Part shown: in pieces, positions 43,314 through 56,713 of the stretch | How the letters are laid out: each line of letters starts with the position of its first letter | How positions within the stretch are numbered: the first letter of the stretch is position 1 | NCBI GenBank assembly: GCA_027604505.1 | Contig: JADIIX010000004.1 | Location: 124,001-188,000 of the forward strand | Direction of reading: 5' to 3' | Length of the DNA stretch: 64,000 nt | Source of the DNA: Gonapodya sp. JEL0774 | Taxonomy: Eukaryota | Translations under genes and position numbers: made by a program | The notes under the pieces: generated by a model | Databases searched by the model: none | Seen by the model: only the letters and a program-made list of their open reading frames with translations | What the model was told of the DNA's origin: nothing

Positions 43314-44608
43314 ATGGTTTACCCTGAAGTTCTGTGGGGTGCGTCGAATCGTGTTTTCATTGCCGGATGATGTTTGACGACATTCGGACTCACTTCCCTT
43401 TTCCCAAACCCAATCCTCTCTGTAAACCGATTTCTTTCGTAAATCGTGCCCAGCGCAAAATGCTACGGAGCTCTATGTCACGGTAAACGTCCAAGATGTA
43501 CCCCACCCAAAGATTACCTTGACGGACTCCCTTCTGACATGGGAGGTAAGTGCCAGAACCTGTCGAGCTTGACAATCGATCAGGTCTTTCGTTCTCTGGT
43601 CGCAGTATGTTGCTTCCCATGATGTCCTATTGATCTTTTTTTTCTTCCTTTGTGGATCGCTTCTGTATGTGCCTCTTCCATTTTACAATCCGTGCACCAT
43701 TCAGGGTGGGAACAAGGACAAGAGCTACTCAGCTGAGATGCCTCTGTTTAAAGAGGTCGACCCGAAAGTGAGTTCCATACCGCTATGTTTGTCCGCTGGT
43801 GGCATCACTTCGCACCTTTTTCTCGTTGTAAACTTCCGCACTGCGTTCTTCTCAACTTTTCTCCAAAATACATCCTGCCTATCTTCCGCGAAATATGTTC
43901 TCCAGTCTTCCAAGCAATCCGTCACCGACCGCAATTCCTTCTTCGTCATCAAGAAAGCCGCTGAAGGCTGGTGGCCCCGGCTAACCAAAGACAAGGCCCA
44001 CTACATCAAGACCGACTTTACTCGGTGGAAATCGGAAGATGATGATGAGGACCCTGCTGCTGCCGGTGCTGGTGGCAACCCGTTCGATATGGACTTCTCT
44101 CAGTTCTCGAACATGGGAGGAATGGGAGGCATGGGCGGCATGCCGGGTATGCCCGGCATGGGAGGAATGGCGGGCGACCTCGTGAGTCTTGACATTTCAT
44201 ATCTATTCATTCACAAGGACTGTCGGGCCGATAGTGCCAGGAGACCACAACATTGGGTCGAGACCGTCACCCGGGAGACTTAGTTTGAAGGACGCATATG
44301 GATGCCTACTTGTCCTACATCGACTTGAATGGTCGAATTGATGGAAATGCTTTTGTTTCCCAGCCCCCAGACGAGGACGATGACGACGATATGGACAATG
44401 AGGATGGAAAGGATGGCGAAGGTAGAGTCTTGAACGCGCATGTTAAGAATGAAACCCAGGGTCTTAATCATTCATCGCATGGTGCGAACCCGCGCGCACT
44501 TCAGACCTCCCAGTGAGTTGTTTCAAGATATTGAGTTCCAGTGACATTGCACGTGACTCCTTCTCTCTCTGCTAGCCACTCGAACCTGCAGAAACCCGTA
44601 CACACTAG
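43314..44608 (+). CDS. SBA1: Hsp90 co-chaperone p23 (CS domain), multi-exon with an 8-nt microexon
   Basis: MVYPEVLW|AQNATELYVTVNV; YSAEMPLFKEVDP; WWPRLTKDKAHYIKTDFTRWKSEDD; GGMGGM repeats; acidic tail ending D-LP|PLE. Confidence 0.9.
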
Positions 44609-44751
44609 GGACCCGTTTGTTGGAAGAGTTCCTTTTAGGAAAGGGACGCAGGGGCTGGTCCGTGTTTGCATTCCATGCTAAAGTGTCGGTGACAGTGCTC
44701 GCTGCCCTCAGACGAAAATACATGATGCATGCTTTTATCAAGAACTTTGCA

Positions 44752-46701
44752 TTAGTCAAATTCTAGTAGCCATGATGCACTAAAGAGCTCATTTAGCTTG
44801 ATGCGTTCAGTCGCTCGTTTCAGTTCAGTTGCAAGTTGTGGTGCTTCGACTGTATCTGGAGATGCCCTTTCATGAATCTCAGATTCGTTCGAAACGCTCA
44901 GAGCCAGACTCGTTGAGGTGGTGGCTTCATTTATGGGTGTGGTTGAGCCATCAAGTTGAGGATGACTTGCCACTATCATCACATCAGACTGTGTTTTCAG
45001 ATGGGTGGAGTTAACCCCAGACCATTCGGATGAATTGACTCCTTCGTTGATGATAGGGATATCAGAGACATTACAGGTTGCCTCGTTAACGTTGGACGAC
45101 GTTGAGGCGGTTTCGGACTTGTCAGTTCGGCAAGCGTCTCGCACCTGGCAATATTAAATTCTCATTTCGTCCGCTGACTCCCAAAAAATAAGAGCTCCCA
45201 GCACTCACGAGCTGTACTTGCGGTCGGATCACTGGTAAAATAACGTCGAGTCTTTGTTTCCCCTTATCGAACTTGGCAGAACCTCTATCCGCGTCCACCG
45301 GAAATGGTAACGTGAGATGAAGTTCATAGAGACTCGGAAGATGAAGGTCGAGGCTGTTAGTTGAAGTGTCCAAAGTAGCGGAGGCCATAGATGCCTTTTG
45401 ACAGAAGACTGATAAAATGATGGAGAAATTCCGGGATGCGAACACATCACTTACGACTCCTGGAAGCTGGATTCGGACCACCAGCTGTTCTGGTCTTCCT
45501 GTCAAAACAAAACCAGAGCGTTCAGTATGATCTGAAAGGTCGAACATGCCCTTGTGTATGATCTCATATTTGGGTTGTTCGACGTTCTGTTGAAGGCTTG
45601 TTGAGGGGGAAATAGGAAGATCTGCAAGTTCTTCCACAAGTTTACGTCGACCACGCTCAGACTCTTGCTTTATGCGTGATTCATCCTCCTCTTTTCTGCG
45701 ACGTTCCTCCTGCTCGAGTTGCAGTCGTTTCAAAAACGCCTCCGTAGTTTCCTCTGCGGGCTCGACACCAATTTTTTTGTCACGAATCATGATCGAGTTG
45801 GGAGTGCCTTTATACTTCATATTGAGAGATTTGTATTCTAGTGTGGTGGAACTGCGTGATCAACAAAACATGACTGAAACCGATGCTCACTTACTCGGAT
45901 TGAGTTTGACATGAAATTGCCTCTCTACACCCTCAATTGCAACAGAAACTAGGAGATTACGGAATCCAGGTAAAGCTTCGGCAAGTTTTATCGTGTCTGG
46001 ATGAACCATAAAGTCATAGACAGCGCATGGCTTGTTGGCTGGAATTCCAGACAAAGCCGTGCATAATCAGAAAGTTAGTACATGAGCATGGCACTAGAAG
46101 CAGTCACCTCCAAAAGAAACTCACCCTTGTCCTTGTCTTCGCGGCCATTGAGACTGTAAGGGATATCCCATTGCTGACCTTTCTTGCCATCCTTTTCTGT
46201 CGGAAGCTTGGCCTTCGCCTCGACAATAGCGTCACTCTTGCACATGTTAACGAAAGCCTTGGACCCTCTTGTGATTCCATCTGACTTTAGATGGCCTTTG
46301 GGAGGTTGATTAACAATCGAGGATTTAAATACGAATCCCGGTTCCGGGGTCACGAATTTGACATCGTTGCCTTTTTCAAGCTCCATTTTACTGAGTTCTT
46401 CTTCGTAGAGCTGTGATTCCGATTGTTGGAGTCATCAGAGTATCACCAAAGGTTTGCTTCAGGTTTCATTACCTTCCTATTCTCCGGATCCGAAATCTCT
46501 TTGACGTAGTCGAAGAACATCTTCTTGAATTCTTCCTTCTCGAGTGCCTTCTGAATCCTCTCCAGCTCCTGCATGCAGGGAACGTTGGCGCCGCCACACA
46601 GCGAAGGATAGAGATGCTTCAAAAGATCGTTTCCACTTCAAAAGGAAAAGATTCAAACACACATCGCGTGTTACATTCAGTTCGTCTTTTGTGCCGTTCA
46701 T
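44752..46701 (-). CDS. DNAAF2: Protein kintoun / dynein axonemal assembly factor 2 (PIH1 + CS domains), multi-exon
   Basis: EEFKKMFFDYVKEISDPENRK|LYEEEL; VTPEPGFVFKS; KAFVNMC; WDIPYSL..REDKDK; YKGTP; RPEQLVVRIQLP; LPFPVDADRGSAKFDK..LDVILPV. Confidence 0.9.
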
Positions 46702-46842
46702 GCTTGCGGTTTGGATGTTTATGTAAATGAACTTGGCAACTGTCTGTCCCCCCTGCACCGTATGCCGGATGATCTTCACCTTTCGTTCAAGTTTTCAACA
46801 AATATCAATTTCACTGTCGACTACGGTAAAGATTGATGGTAT

Positions 46843-49800
46843 TCAACGCTTTACAATGCTTAAAAACGCCTCTTGAGAGAGTTTCACGTTTCCAATGGCG
46901 CGCATCTTTTTCTTCCCCTCTTTCTGCTTTTCCAGCAACTTCATCTTGCGAGTTATGTCACCGCCATACTAAATTGATTCGATGCGCACAACGAGTCATT
47001 GACGAAGCGATAAAGGGATGTCGGGAATGCACTATGAGGACTCACACATTTGGCTGTGACGTTTTTTCGCAAGGCAGATATCCTAGATCAATACGTTCAC
47101 CGATATTAAGGAATATTTGCACGTTCTGCGGCATTCATTCACTCACGTCTCCCTCGATATAATCTTTCCTGCAACCTCTGATTGAATGATCACCTCAAAC
47201 AGTTGTCTGGTCATAACAAAGCATTGTCCACTTCAATGTGAGAACCAGACCACGATTTATTTGTAGCTCACCGCTCAATAACTTCTTTGAGGCGCTTGGT
47301 GATTGCCTATCAAAGAACCGCAGTTGTGAATTTCAAAGCGTGTTATGAAATTTCTTTCAAAATCAGCGATAACTTGCCTTACCGGCCCTCTCGACCTGCG
47401 AACGATGCAGTACCGAAGAAAGAACATCCACCACTTTGGTGTTGAGCAAGATATTCATCTTGACGAGATCTGAGGACTCGTACCCTGTATGAAAGAAGGA
47501 AAATGATTTCACCGAGTAATGTGGGGTCATCAAAAAATCCTACCAATGTCCTCATAGTCAAACGTAGCGTAGCCAGACGACCGAGACTTAAGCTCATCGT
47601 AAAAATCTGTGAGAATTTCTCCCATCGGAAGCTTGTACTTCATGATAATCCTGGCAGGGTGAATCTTGAGTTTCAAATATACATTGTGATATCATTTAAA
47701 GGAGGAGCCGCACCTTTTGTCGTCAAGGTATGAGTAATCCTCTTGTTGGCCACGATGTTCCTGTCCTCTTCTCGCATAAGAGAAGAACGTCAGCGACGTC
47801 CTCCTAAAGTTAACTCACTCCGCACAATTGCATCATTTCTCCCAGGTACTCCTCAGGAAAAATGAGCGTTGCATGCACCATGGGTTCTAGAATATCTCCG
47901 ACATTAATTCTCTCACTGTGATCGGGAAAAGCTGTGCGGAAATACATAACGAAGGAGTATCCTACGGCGATGCATTTCAGTTTCGCTCGTACCTGCAGGA
48001 TTGTTGATGATGGTCTCCTGGCCACCCTTGCGAACAATTTTATAGGGAACAACGGGGGAGGACTAATGGATCAAGGTATTCGATTCAAGTTCATATGGGT
48101 TGGGTTCATAAAAAAAATCTCACTAGGATGGCAGATGCCCCATATTCCTGAGGGAAGGATGTCCTTTAATTACATATCACTTCGCTATTCAAGTTACTCT
48201 TACCTCCTCAAGTCTTTGCCGAAATACGTCCACTAAAGTTGGATTCAGAATTTGGCTTTAATGGAATTTCCCATGTGGAGCCATTATCCAGAAGTAAAAC
48301 CTCTCACTGTGCAGGGTCCCGAGGAAGCCAAGCCGAAACCCTTGCCCTAGCGCCATACTTTCCGGCAAGGAGTTCGCTATGTAACTCGGATCAAATACTG
48401 CGGAAAGACGTACCTCGTTTCCTTCGCGACGCTTACACTCGAGTCATTGAGCGTGAGCCTGTTGACCGCTTCGGCAAGCTTCTCAAACTCATTGGAATCT
48501 ACAGGATATACCCCGGCGAACAGCATTGACTTCGCCGGCTGAAACCCGGGGAGAGCTTGCACAGATGTTCCGTGGTGGTGGAAAGTGTCTCCAACCCGAG
48601 CCTCGTGGGAGGATTTCATTCCAAGAATGAGATAGCCAACTTGACCGGCATAGCTGGAGAACAACATAAATGGTTCAGACCGTGCCCTTGAAAGGGGACA
48701 TGTACGCAAGTTCAACACACTCACAGCGCTTCTCGCTGAACTGGGTCTGGTGCCATTACACCCATCTGAGAAACTTCGTACTTGACACCAGTTCCCACGC
48801 TAACCACCCTATCACCTTCGGATCATGTGTCCACGAAATCAAAAGTCTTGACAACGGACACACGGAATGACACACCTTTAACGACCTTGCCGTCCACCAC
48901 AGCTACAAGGCAAACAACACCAACGTATGTATCATACCAATTGTCGAAGAGCAGAGAGCGAAACGGAGCAGATGGTTCGGATGGTGGCCTGCCGGAGGAA
49001 CGTCATTCTTTCCGTTATTCAACGCACGAAGATGATCCCATTCACATAGAAACTCACGAAGGGAGTTGCTCGATTATCATGGGAAGTAGTTGCCTGACGC
49101 CGAGCCCCGATTTGGCAGATATCTCATGAGCAAAGGTCGCAGAAAATTGTGCTTCGGTACGGGCAACAATTAGCTTCACGATCGCTTGCTTACTCGAGGT
49201 ATTTCCATGTCGTCTGGAACGCCGAATGTCGCTCTCACCGAAGCCTCAACCATGTCCGGTTCTGCACCAGGGAGACTAGCGGGTACATTAGTCCACAAAC
49301 AGTGATTTATCGCGAAATGACACTCACTCAATTTTATTGATAACAGGGACAATTTTCAAATTGTTCGATTTCGCAAGCAGATAGTTCGCAACCTGGCCCG
49401 TTTTCTAGTGAGAGCCGAAATTTCTGCTAAAGCTTACAGGACAGGACGGAAGCTCACAGTCTGTGCTTGAATTCCTTGGGAAGCATCGACAACGAGGAGC
49501 GTTCCTGAATGTCCGATTGAGAACCGACCGAGTTAGATCACCTCATCGGTGCAAGATGCAATGACAGACGCGAGTCTGTTTGAAAGGGCTCCTCCTCCAC
49601 AATTCGCACAGCATAGTATATAACAAAAGCATGGCTCATTACACAATTGCCATACAACTGACCTTGGCTAGCTGCAAGACTCCTTGAAACCTCATACGCA
49701 AAGTCCACATGCCCTGGCGTATCAATTAAGTTGAGCAGGTACCAATCTCCTTGAAATCGGTGAAGCATTGAAGCGGTTTGTGCTTTGACGGTGATACCAC

Positions 49801-50325
49801 GGTCACGTTCGACTTTCAGCTTATCAAGAACCTGCTGATTTCGTGCTGAACCAGCAAGACTAGCGGATGGGGAGGGAATTGTGTTCGTGATTTCCAGAAG
49901 CCGGTCTGCGAGGGTCGATTTACCGTGATCGATGCTGAAGAAAACATTATGAGAAAAACATAACTGAGCCCTCTAGACTGCAAGATTGGAGCGGGCGCTA
50001 CTAACTGAGCAATGATTGAAAAATTTCGCACCCGCTCTGGTGGAAAACGAGCCAGGTCGACAGTTTTGATGTTGAGTTCCTCAAGGTCTCCGGCAGTAAC
50101 TCCCACTTTATGTCTAGCAGGAAACAAGATCATCACCGAAGACGATTGAGGAAGAATGGAGCTTCGTGAGAACAGAGGGCCTTTGGGGCACAAGTAGGTA
50201 CGTCTTGACTTTTGGTTCGACTGTGTTTGATGAGCACATGACTTAGCCAGGCTGAAGATGGTGCGATGTTTGCTTGAAGCGCCCAGAAATCTGGATCGAG
50301 TTATTGGTAGAATCCGGATGTTCAT
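46843..50325 (-). CDS. GUF1: Mitochondrial translation factor GUF1 (LepA/EF-4), many exons
   Basis: [109 protein letters not shown]. Confidence 0.95.
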
Positions 50326-50445
50326 GGTGTTTTTATCATCATTATTGGGTGCAGCATGGCCACCAGTCGCACCTCATGACGCATCGTGTTCTCCAGTTGG
50401 TTGACGAATTATAACCTACTTACTTATTACTGTATAAGAGAGACT

Positions 50446-51849
50446 TCACAGAACTACTGACGAATGTACGTATATGTCTGCACTCAGTTTCATGAACAGG
50501 AAAATGTCCATTCCCAACGTTGTCGTTTCACCGGTCAATTGCTCCATTTTGATTAAATCGAGCCGTCCTCCTTGTTGGGAAAACGGAGAAGCCTTCGCGT
50601 GTCTGAACAATTGAGGAGGGCAGAAAATTCTCCGATGCGGCGAAGCTCGGGTACCAGAGCTGCGCCACGGCGTTGGATCTATCCCAATAAAATCTCCCGC
50701 CCTCCGCGAAATTCCCGTCATTCCACTCTAATCTGAATCTTTTGTGAGTTATCAGGGTCTCTATCTCAACCTGGTGCAAGGACACTCGATGCCTGTCGTC
50801 TGTTTGGGCATACTGGTGTTCGTCTTCTGGACAAAGTCTCATCATGTTGTCCCCATTCGGGCTTGATTCGCGCTGTTTGGATGATTCCGGGGGCGCAAGC
50901 TCTTCTATCGTGCTGTACTAACTGTATCCCTGTTCTGCTTTGGGAATGGCTGCTCGTCCTTCTTTGAATTCGCTGACGTTGTGATGAACTTCCCCTGATG
51001 TCTCAGAGCAACAATCCAAACATAATGGTGAGCATCGCTTGCCTTCCTGAAAGCAATCTACATGGACTAGCTGATTCTGTACCTGTTCGGTTGTGGCACG
51101 CTCCCTCTGACTTGCTTCTCACCACGGCAAACAATCTGGGCACCTTCTACACCCTCTCAATCAGGACTCATCTTTCCTCGCAGACATTTCCGGCGATGCG
51201 AAATCTCGTCTCAAGAAGACCGTAAGTTTCTCAGTGCTGAGATTCTCATGGTTGTTTCTCATACCTCTTCTATGAAATCGACTTACTCAGAAAACCCAAG
51301 AGAAGACTCACCTTCCCACTAAGGGTAGAGTATCCTCGTACTTTGGTACTGAATTCTGCTGTCAAAGATTCACATGTGCTGATGCAATCTGTGATTTGAA
51401 CCCCTTCTCCGGAATACCACTTCGGCGTTGCTGTGAACATTCGACTACGCAACTTCTGTGAACATGGCTGTACTTCGACACTGCAACTTCTGCGAACCAG
51501 AGGAAATTGCGGCTGAGAAGGCCGGCGAGAAAGGCAAGGTGAGATATGGACTAGCTCCAATAATCGTTGGATGTTCTTACAGTCGTTGCCTCGGTTTTCT
51601 CTACAGAAATGAGACGCGGTGCCCGCCTCCGCCCCCCCCCCCCCACCTACTCCTCTTGTAAATCCAGTAATGTTCCACTGTACTTCTTGCTCATCTTGCT
51701 CTTCCTGTTCAACAAGCGTGACAAGACAGCACTCCCTTACGATGCACGAAGTTTCAGGTTTTCTGTAATATCTGCTGAGCTGTAATAGAGCGAGGGTATC
51801 ATAACGGAATACGGTGGTCTCTTTTGTTCTGGGGCTGGGGCGGGGCATA
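50446..51849 (-). CDS. Hypothetical multi-exon protein; boundaries approximate
   Basis: Coding-like ORF fragments (51270-51938, 50446-50845) with GT/AG boundaries; no recognisable domain. Confidence 0.3.
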
Positions 51850-52096
51850 TTATACCAATAAATGTTGATCAGTCCATTCCATTCAAACTCCCAGAGAGCT
51901 CTGTCACAAAGGGACCTTCCTGCACCGCTGTGATGCATTTATCCTACAATCACTTAACTATTTTTTTGAAATTTCTGACCAAGATTCACAGGACTCCGAT
52001 TGCAAAGTTCTGTAACACAGAAGAGGTATAATACATAAAAGTATTTTGGTATTTTAGAGATATTACGGCGATTGAAGTCAACATGAACGTTCTATC

Positions 52097-55000
52097 TTAG
52101 AGAAGTTCTTCGAGCTCCATTACAACATCACTGCTCAAGTCGTCGGTACACGAATCAGGATCTGCAGAACCCAAAAGCATCAAGTTGACGGAGTGGCTAC
52201 AACATATAATGTTAGGAACTCACTGAATTCAGGGCTACTGGTGAAAGGAGCTTCAATATCTTCGAGATCGAGCTTGAACACACGGTCTACTTCAAAAGAT
52301 GAGGTGCCTGCCCCAGTTGCGAAGCCATGTTGCGCGACGGTAACACTAGATCCAATGAGTGTAGCATCTGATGTAGATCGCGTGGGGCTTCTAGCTTCTA
52401 GAACTTCCAAGGAAATGTGACCAGAAGAATGCGTCTGGGGTGAGGAGTACGATTTTCCATCCACGGTTCCCCCAGGAGCATTTGGAGCCTTGGCCGCGCC
52501 TCGAAGCTTGGCCAACCGTTGAGACAGATCCTGCAGCTTAGTTCCTCCCCGTACCGTGAGCGGTTGCGAAGGTGTTACATTTTTGCGCGGTACAGGTTTG
52601 TATGGAAGCGCCGCAGAAGTATTTGGGGTGTTTGATCGAGGCAGTGACTTTTCAGTTGGCTTGCCAACGGGCGTCAACCTCGCAGTGCCAGCAGGAGGAG
52701 GGGTTTGAGGAGCTCTGACAGGAACCTGCTTCATGGGACGAGGAGTCTTTACAGGAGTGCGTGGAAGTTCCGCTCTAGTTTTGAAACCCCCACGATCTGC
52801 AAAATCAAGGAACGTCTTGACCGAAATTTCTCAGAAATGCAAAAATCGAATAGCATGACCACCCACCCATTGCATGCATGGGATTTATGATTGGTTCGCA
52901 CTGAGCTTCGGGAGTCTTCTCCGGGATTTCTTCAGCGCGGGGAGTCAGCCGTGTACCAAGAGAATTCGCTGCGTTTGTGTTTGTGAGAGAAGACGTCGGA
53001 GTGTTGGGCGGGACGGCACATTGAATGACTGAGGGTGGCCGAAGGCGAGCCCCATTCCCAGTAGATGGTGCTATGGTGGGAGCGGCAATGGAGATATTCG
53101 AGACGTATTCTACAATCTATGAAAATAATCCACATAAGCTCAGCTCCACGGTTATACGGTTATGGAAAAAAGAAACTCAGTGCATTTGCTGTACCTGATC
53201 TGTAACCTTCTCGAAAGCCCTCCTGTCGGACATTCCACCTGCAGTTCTCGCTCGGAAACCCTTTCCTGTCACCGTCTCCAGGGCTGCTCTTAGAACTGGC
53301 TTATTCTCCTTACTCGGCGAACGTATCGTCTTGGGTTTATCTTTTCGGATCACCGATGCGGGGAGGGACTCTATTCTAACTTTCCCCGCTCGTGCGGCAC
53401 CAGTAGCACCTGATGAATTGTTAATAACAGGCTGTTTGGAAGTGTGAGGCACTCCCTGAGGATAGTTGCCGTTTGGTGAGGGTGTCGGAGTCGGAGGTGG
53501 ACCACCTGTCAGAGTGGTGAGACTTCGGGTACATTGTAAATCATTTACAAATGACCCACCCCTTTCAACCTTGACGTGCGGCCCCAGTTTTAGACCTCTC
53601 GGTGTGACGACTTTCATTTCTTGTCCCATCTTCTTTTTGTTCTGTACCGTTTGGGCTACTCTACTTTGGATGGATGCAACAACAGCGGGTGTGACGGGAG
53701 CTGTGCAAAAAAGATTCCCATGAATATTTGGAGTTAACAATACGGCTGGCTGCAACTCACACGGAGTCTTCGAGGCTGTCATGACTCCCAATTTCTGGGC
53801 CAATAACAGCGACCCAAAATAAATCGCATTCATGGTCACTATCGCATCCATTCTCGGAAAGTAGTTGATCGTTTTCTACCTGAAGTCTCAGTTCAAATCT
53901 CGGAGTAGCAGGAGCCGGCTGAAGGGAACTAATTGGACAAACATTGGCAATTCAAGGCATCATGAAGAAGCTACAGCACCACTTCGGTGTGCTGCAAGAC
54001 ACATACCCTTCCTCAATTTCTCTTTTCAACCCATCAAAAGCTTCTGTAACAGTGCGTTCATGTTGTTTCTTGAGACCATCGGCGTAGGACCTGGTAGAGG
54101 CAGATTCATCCACCAAGCGGGCATGAAGTCGAGCTGCGGACTCCAGTAGAGCTTCGTGAGATAGAAAAATTTCGTTCAAGTTCTCGTGAGAAGGATGTGG
54201 AAACGGTTCAGCAGGAGGCAAATCTGAAAATTGAGTGCCTCATTAAATTGAGGGGCAATCCGAATCTCTGCGGTGAGGGAATTCGCCTCACCGGCTAGTA
54301 TGGCACTCGCGTTCGTCCCCACCGCTCTGTCGCCCGTGCCGACAGCATTAGAAGCGTGCGCGAGAAGAGCTAGTGATAGTCTCCAAAGTTTAACCAGTGA
54401 CACAAGGTCGACACAGGAGCTTTGGTAAGGGTTGATAGATTCCTATGAAAGGAAGAAGACACGCAAACGTAGGGAAAATAGAAAATGGAGAGGAGAACAT
54501 GAAATTGAGAAACTGCCGAAAACGGTTTCTGTTCACAGGCAAACTTACCTTGACGAAAACAGTTCCCCACCGCTTAAAGCTCTCGTCTAAACCAATAACC
54601 ACACCCCTGCCGTCCAGGATCAGCTCGTCCATGCGGCTATTTGCGATTGTGTCAATGGTGACTGAATTTGATATTCATGAACAATTCAGGAGGTCAAAAT
54701 GTCAGAAACAGGGGGGGCAAAAATGTCCAGCATTCAGTGCTCACCACTCATATCGGCTACTTCCGCCGCCAATGCTTCGATACTACTCCACTCAAGACGG
54801 ACCTTATGCGCCGTAGTATCTGAAGTCTCACTCGAATGTTCTCCGCCAACAGTCGATGAGAAAGTCCCTCGAGCTCCGCGCTGGGAGCGAAACTGGGCAG
54901 AATGAGCAGTCAGGATAGACTACCCGCAAAAGTGAAATCAGATGAAACGTCCAGAACCGACGGATTCTACGGAAACGCACTTCCCCCTCTGCGGCACCCT

Positions 55001-56516
55001 CCCACACAGTCTGACTGTTCGTAACTGCCAATTCCCACGCTCGTTCTTCCTCTACGCGTTCATTTGATGTAATTAAGAAGGTGTCAACTTCCCGTGAAAT
55101 TGCAGCCTGATATTCAGAAGAAAGGCCATGGTTGATGAACGAGACGGTTCCGGGTACTTGCAACTTCATGCAGTGGGCTCACGTCCAGAAAATCCCTGAT
55201 TGCGCTATCGGACATGCATCGTTTCAGTGCGCGCACGTCTGGTATTCCTCCTAAGGCATCCGGTGAGATTTCACAGGTGGCTGCTTGTTCCACAACATGT
55301 TCGGAAACTGCAAGCATAAGTCGCTCAAACCTGTGTCCGTAGGCAGAATGAAGAGAATGCAACAATGCAGCAAGGTTACACGTTTAAGCCCAAGCTAAAT
55401 CCAAACATACCGGTCTCCCCGACACTCATCCAAAAAGCTTCTGCGAACAACGATCTCTCCGAATGCACCACCAGCATTACCCTCCTTTTCAAACACACTT
55501 CCACCTCCAGCGCCAGTGCCTGGACCAGAGAGCTTACCTTCCCTTTTAAGCCGCGAAAACCAACCAAAAATAAGGTTCCGGAATTCACGAGACGATGCTG
55601 GACTGACACAAGGGTAGGCTGGGCGCAGCAGCTAGAACAGACATCATAGTTTGGGGCGGTAGTAAAGGCAAACGAAAGAGACGAGTGATGGGTGAATTAC
55701 GAGGCCCATGGGATCGCAACGCGGTTCAAGATAGAAATCACAAGGACATTGAGGCATGTACCGTTTCGTGCATCTCTCAAGGAGACGTTCCTCAGTCAAA
55801 ACTTTTCTGCAACTGAAAAATATCTCTTTTGATCATTCAAGCACACTTTACCACTCTTCAAACTTGCCACATCATGCCACAACGATGGGCGGCGCAATGC
55901 ACAAAGCTCCCCACCAGCACAACAATCACAACGACAGCTCCATCATTCGACGGAGTTTGCATGCTCGTTGACTTCTAGTACCCACCTTGCGAACTTCTTC
56001 TCCCTCGCAACGTTCCCAGAGCCACGCTGCGACCACTTCAAATGCCCGCGAATTGCCCTGGTTCCTTGAAAACATTTCGGCATCGAGAACGAGTCCCGGG
56101 TGGAGAGTCGAGTGTGCATGAGGGTCAAATCCCAGAAGAAGTAAGTTGGAAAGAAGAAGTGACGCTGGACTTGGAGCGGAAACGTCCGCTTTGGGTGCTT
56201 TAAGCGGCGGGGAATGGGAGGTAGGAGACAAAGTCACTGGAACAAAAGTGACTGATGTTATTGTTGCTTCAGTTGATAGAGGAGCGGAGCTGGTGCGTTG
56301 AGGAGTGGTCCCTTCGGCTTGAGAGGCGGGCACGTGGCTGATTGCGTTGTTCTCAGCGGCAGTAGTACTGGTCATATCAACGGGCGTTCTAGGTATAGGT
56401 GACTCCAAGCGGCTCGAGTTTTCATCCATTATCAGAGGATCGAGAATCTCTCGGTCAACAGGAGTTGGAACCTTCTGTGCTGCATCAACTGGAGGGACGT
56501 TTCGAGAGAGGGTCAT
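52097..56516 (-). CDS. HAUS6: Augmin/HAUS complex subunit 6, multi-exon; start approximate
   Basis: LLLSNLLLLGFDP..LDAEMF..RAFEVVAAWLW; EFRNLIFGWFSRLK; VRRSFLDECRGDR|FERLMLAVSEHVV, resembling the HAUS6 N-terminal domain; followed by a long low-complexity tail. Confidence 0.78.
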
Positions 56517-56713
56517 CGAATACAATAACACAGATTGAGTGTGAAAAGAGCCGGGGCAGCAATATGGACTTGTCCCGGCTCACGTTTTGACAGGGCCCGG
56601 AATGGCGTGTCATTGTGTGCAAAATCCACACGAATATTGCGAAGACAAAGTAAGGAGCTTCGAGCGTACTCAAAATGCAAGCACGGACATGCTTTTTTGG
56701 TTGCAAATTGTTC

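Noticed and set aside
46725..46745. RFX X-box upstream of the ciliary gene DNAAF2
   Set aside because: Only a GGCAAC half-site; not a convincing full motif
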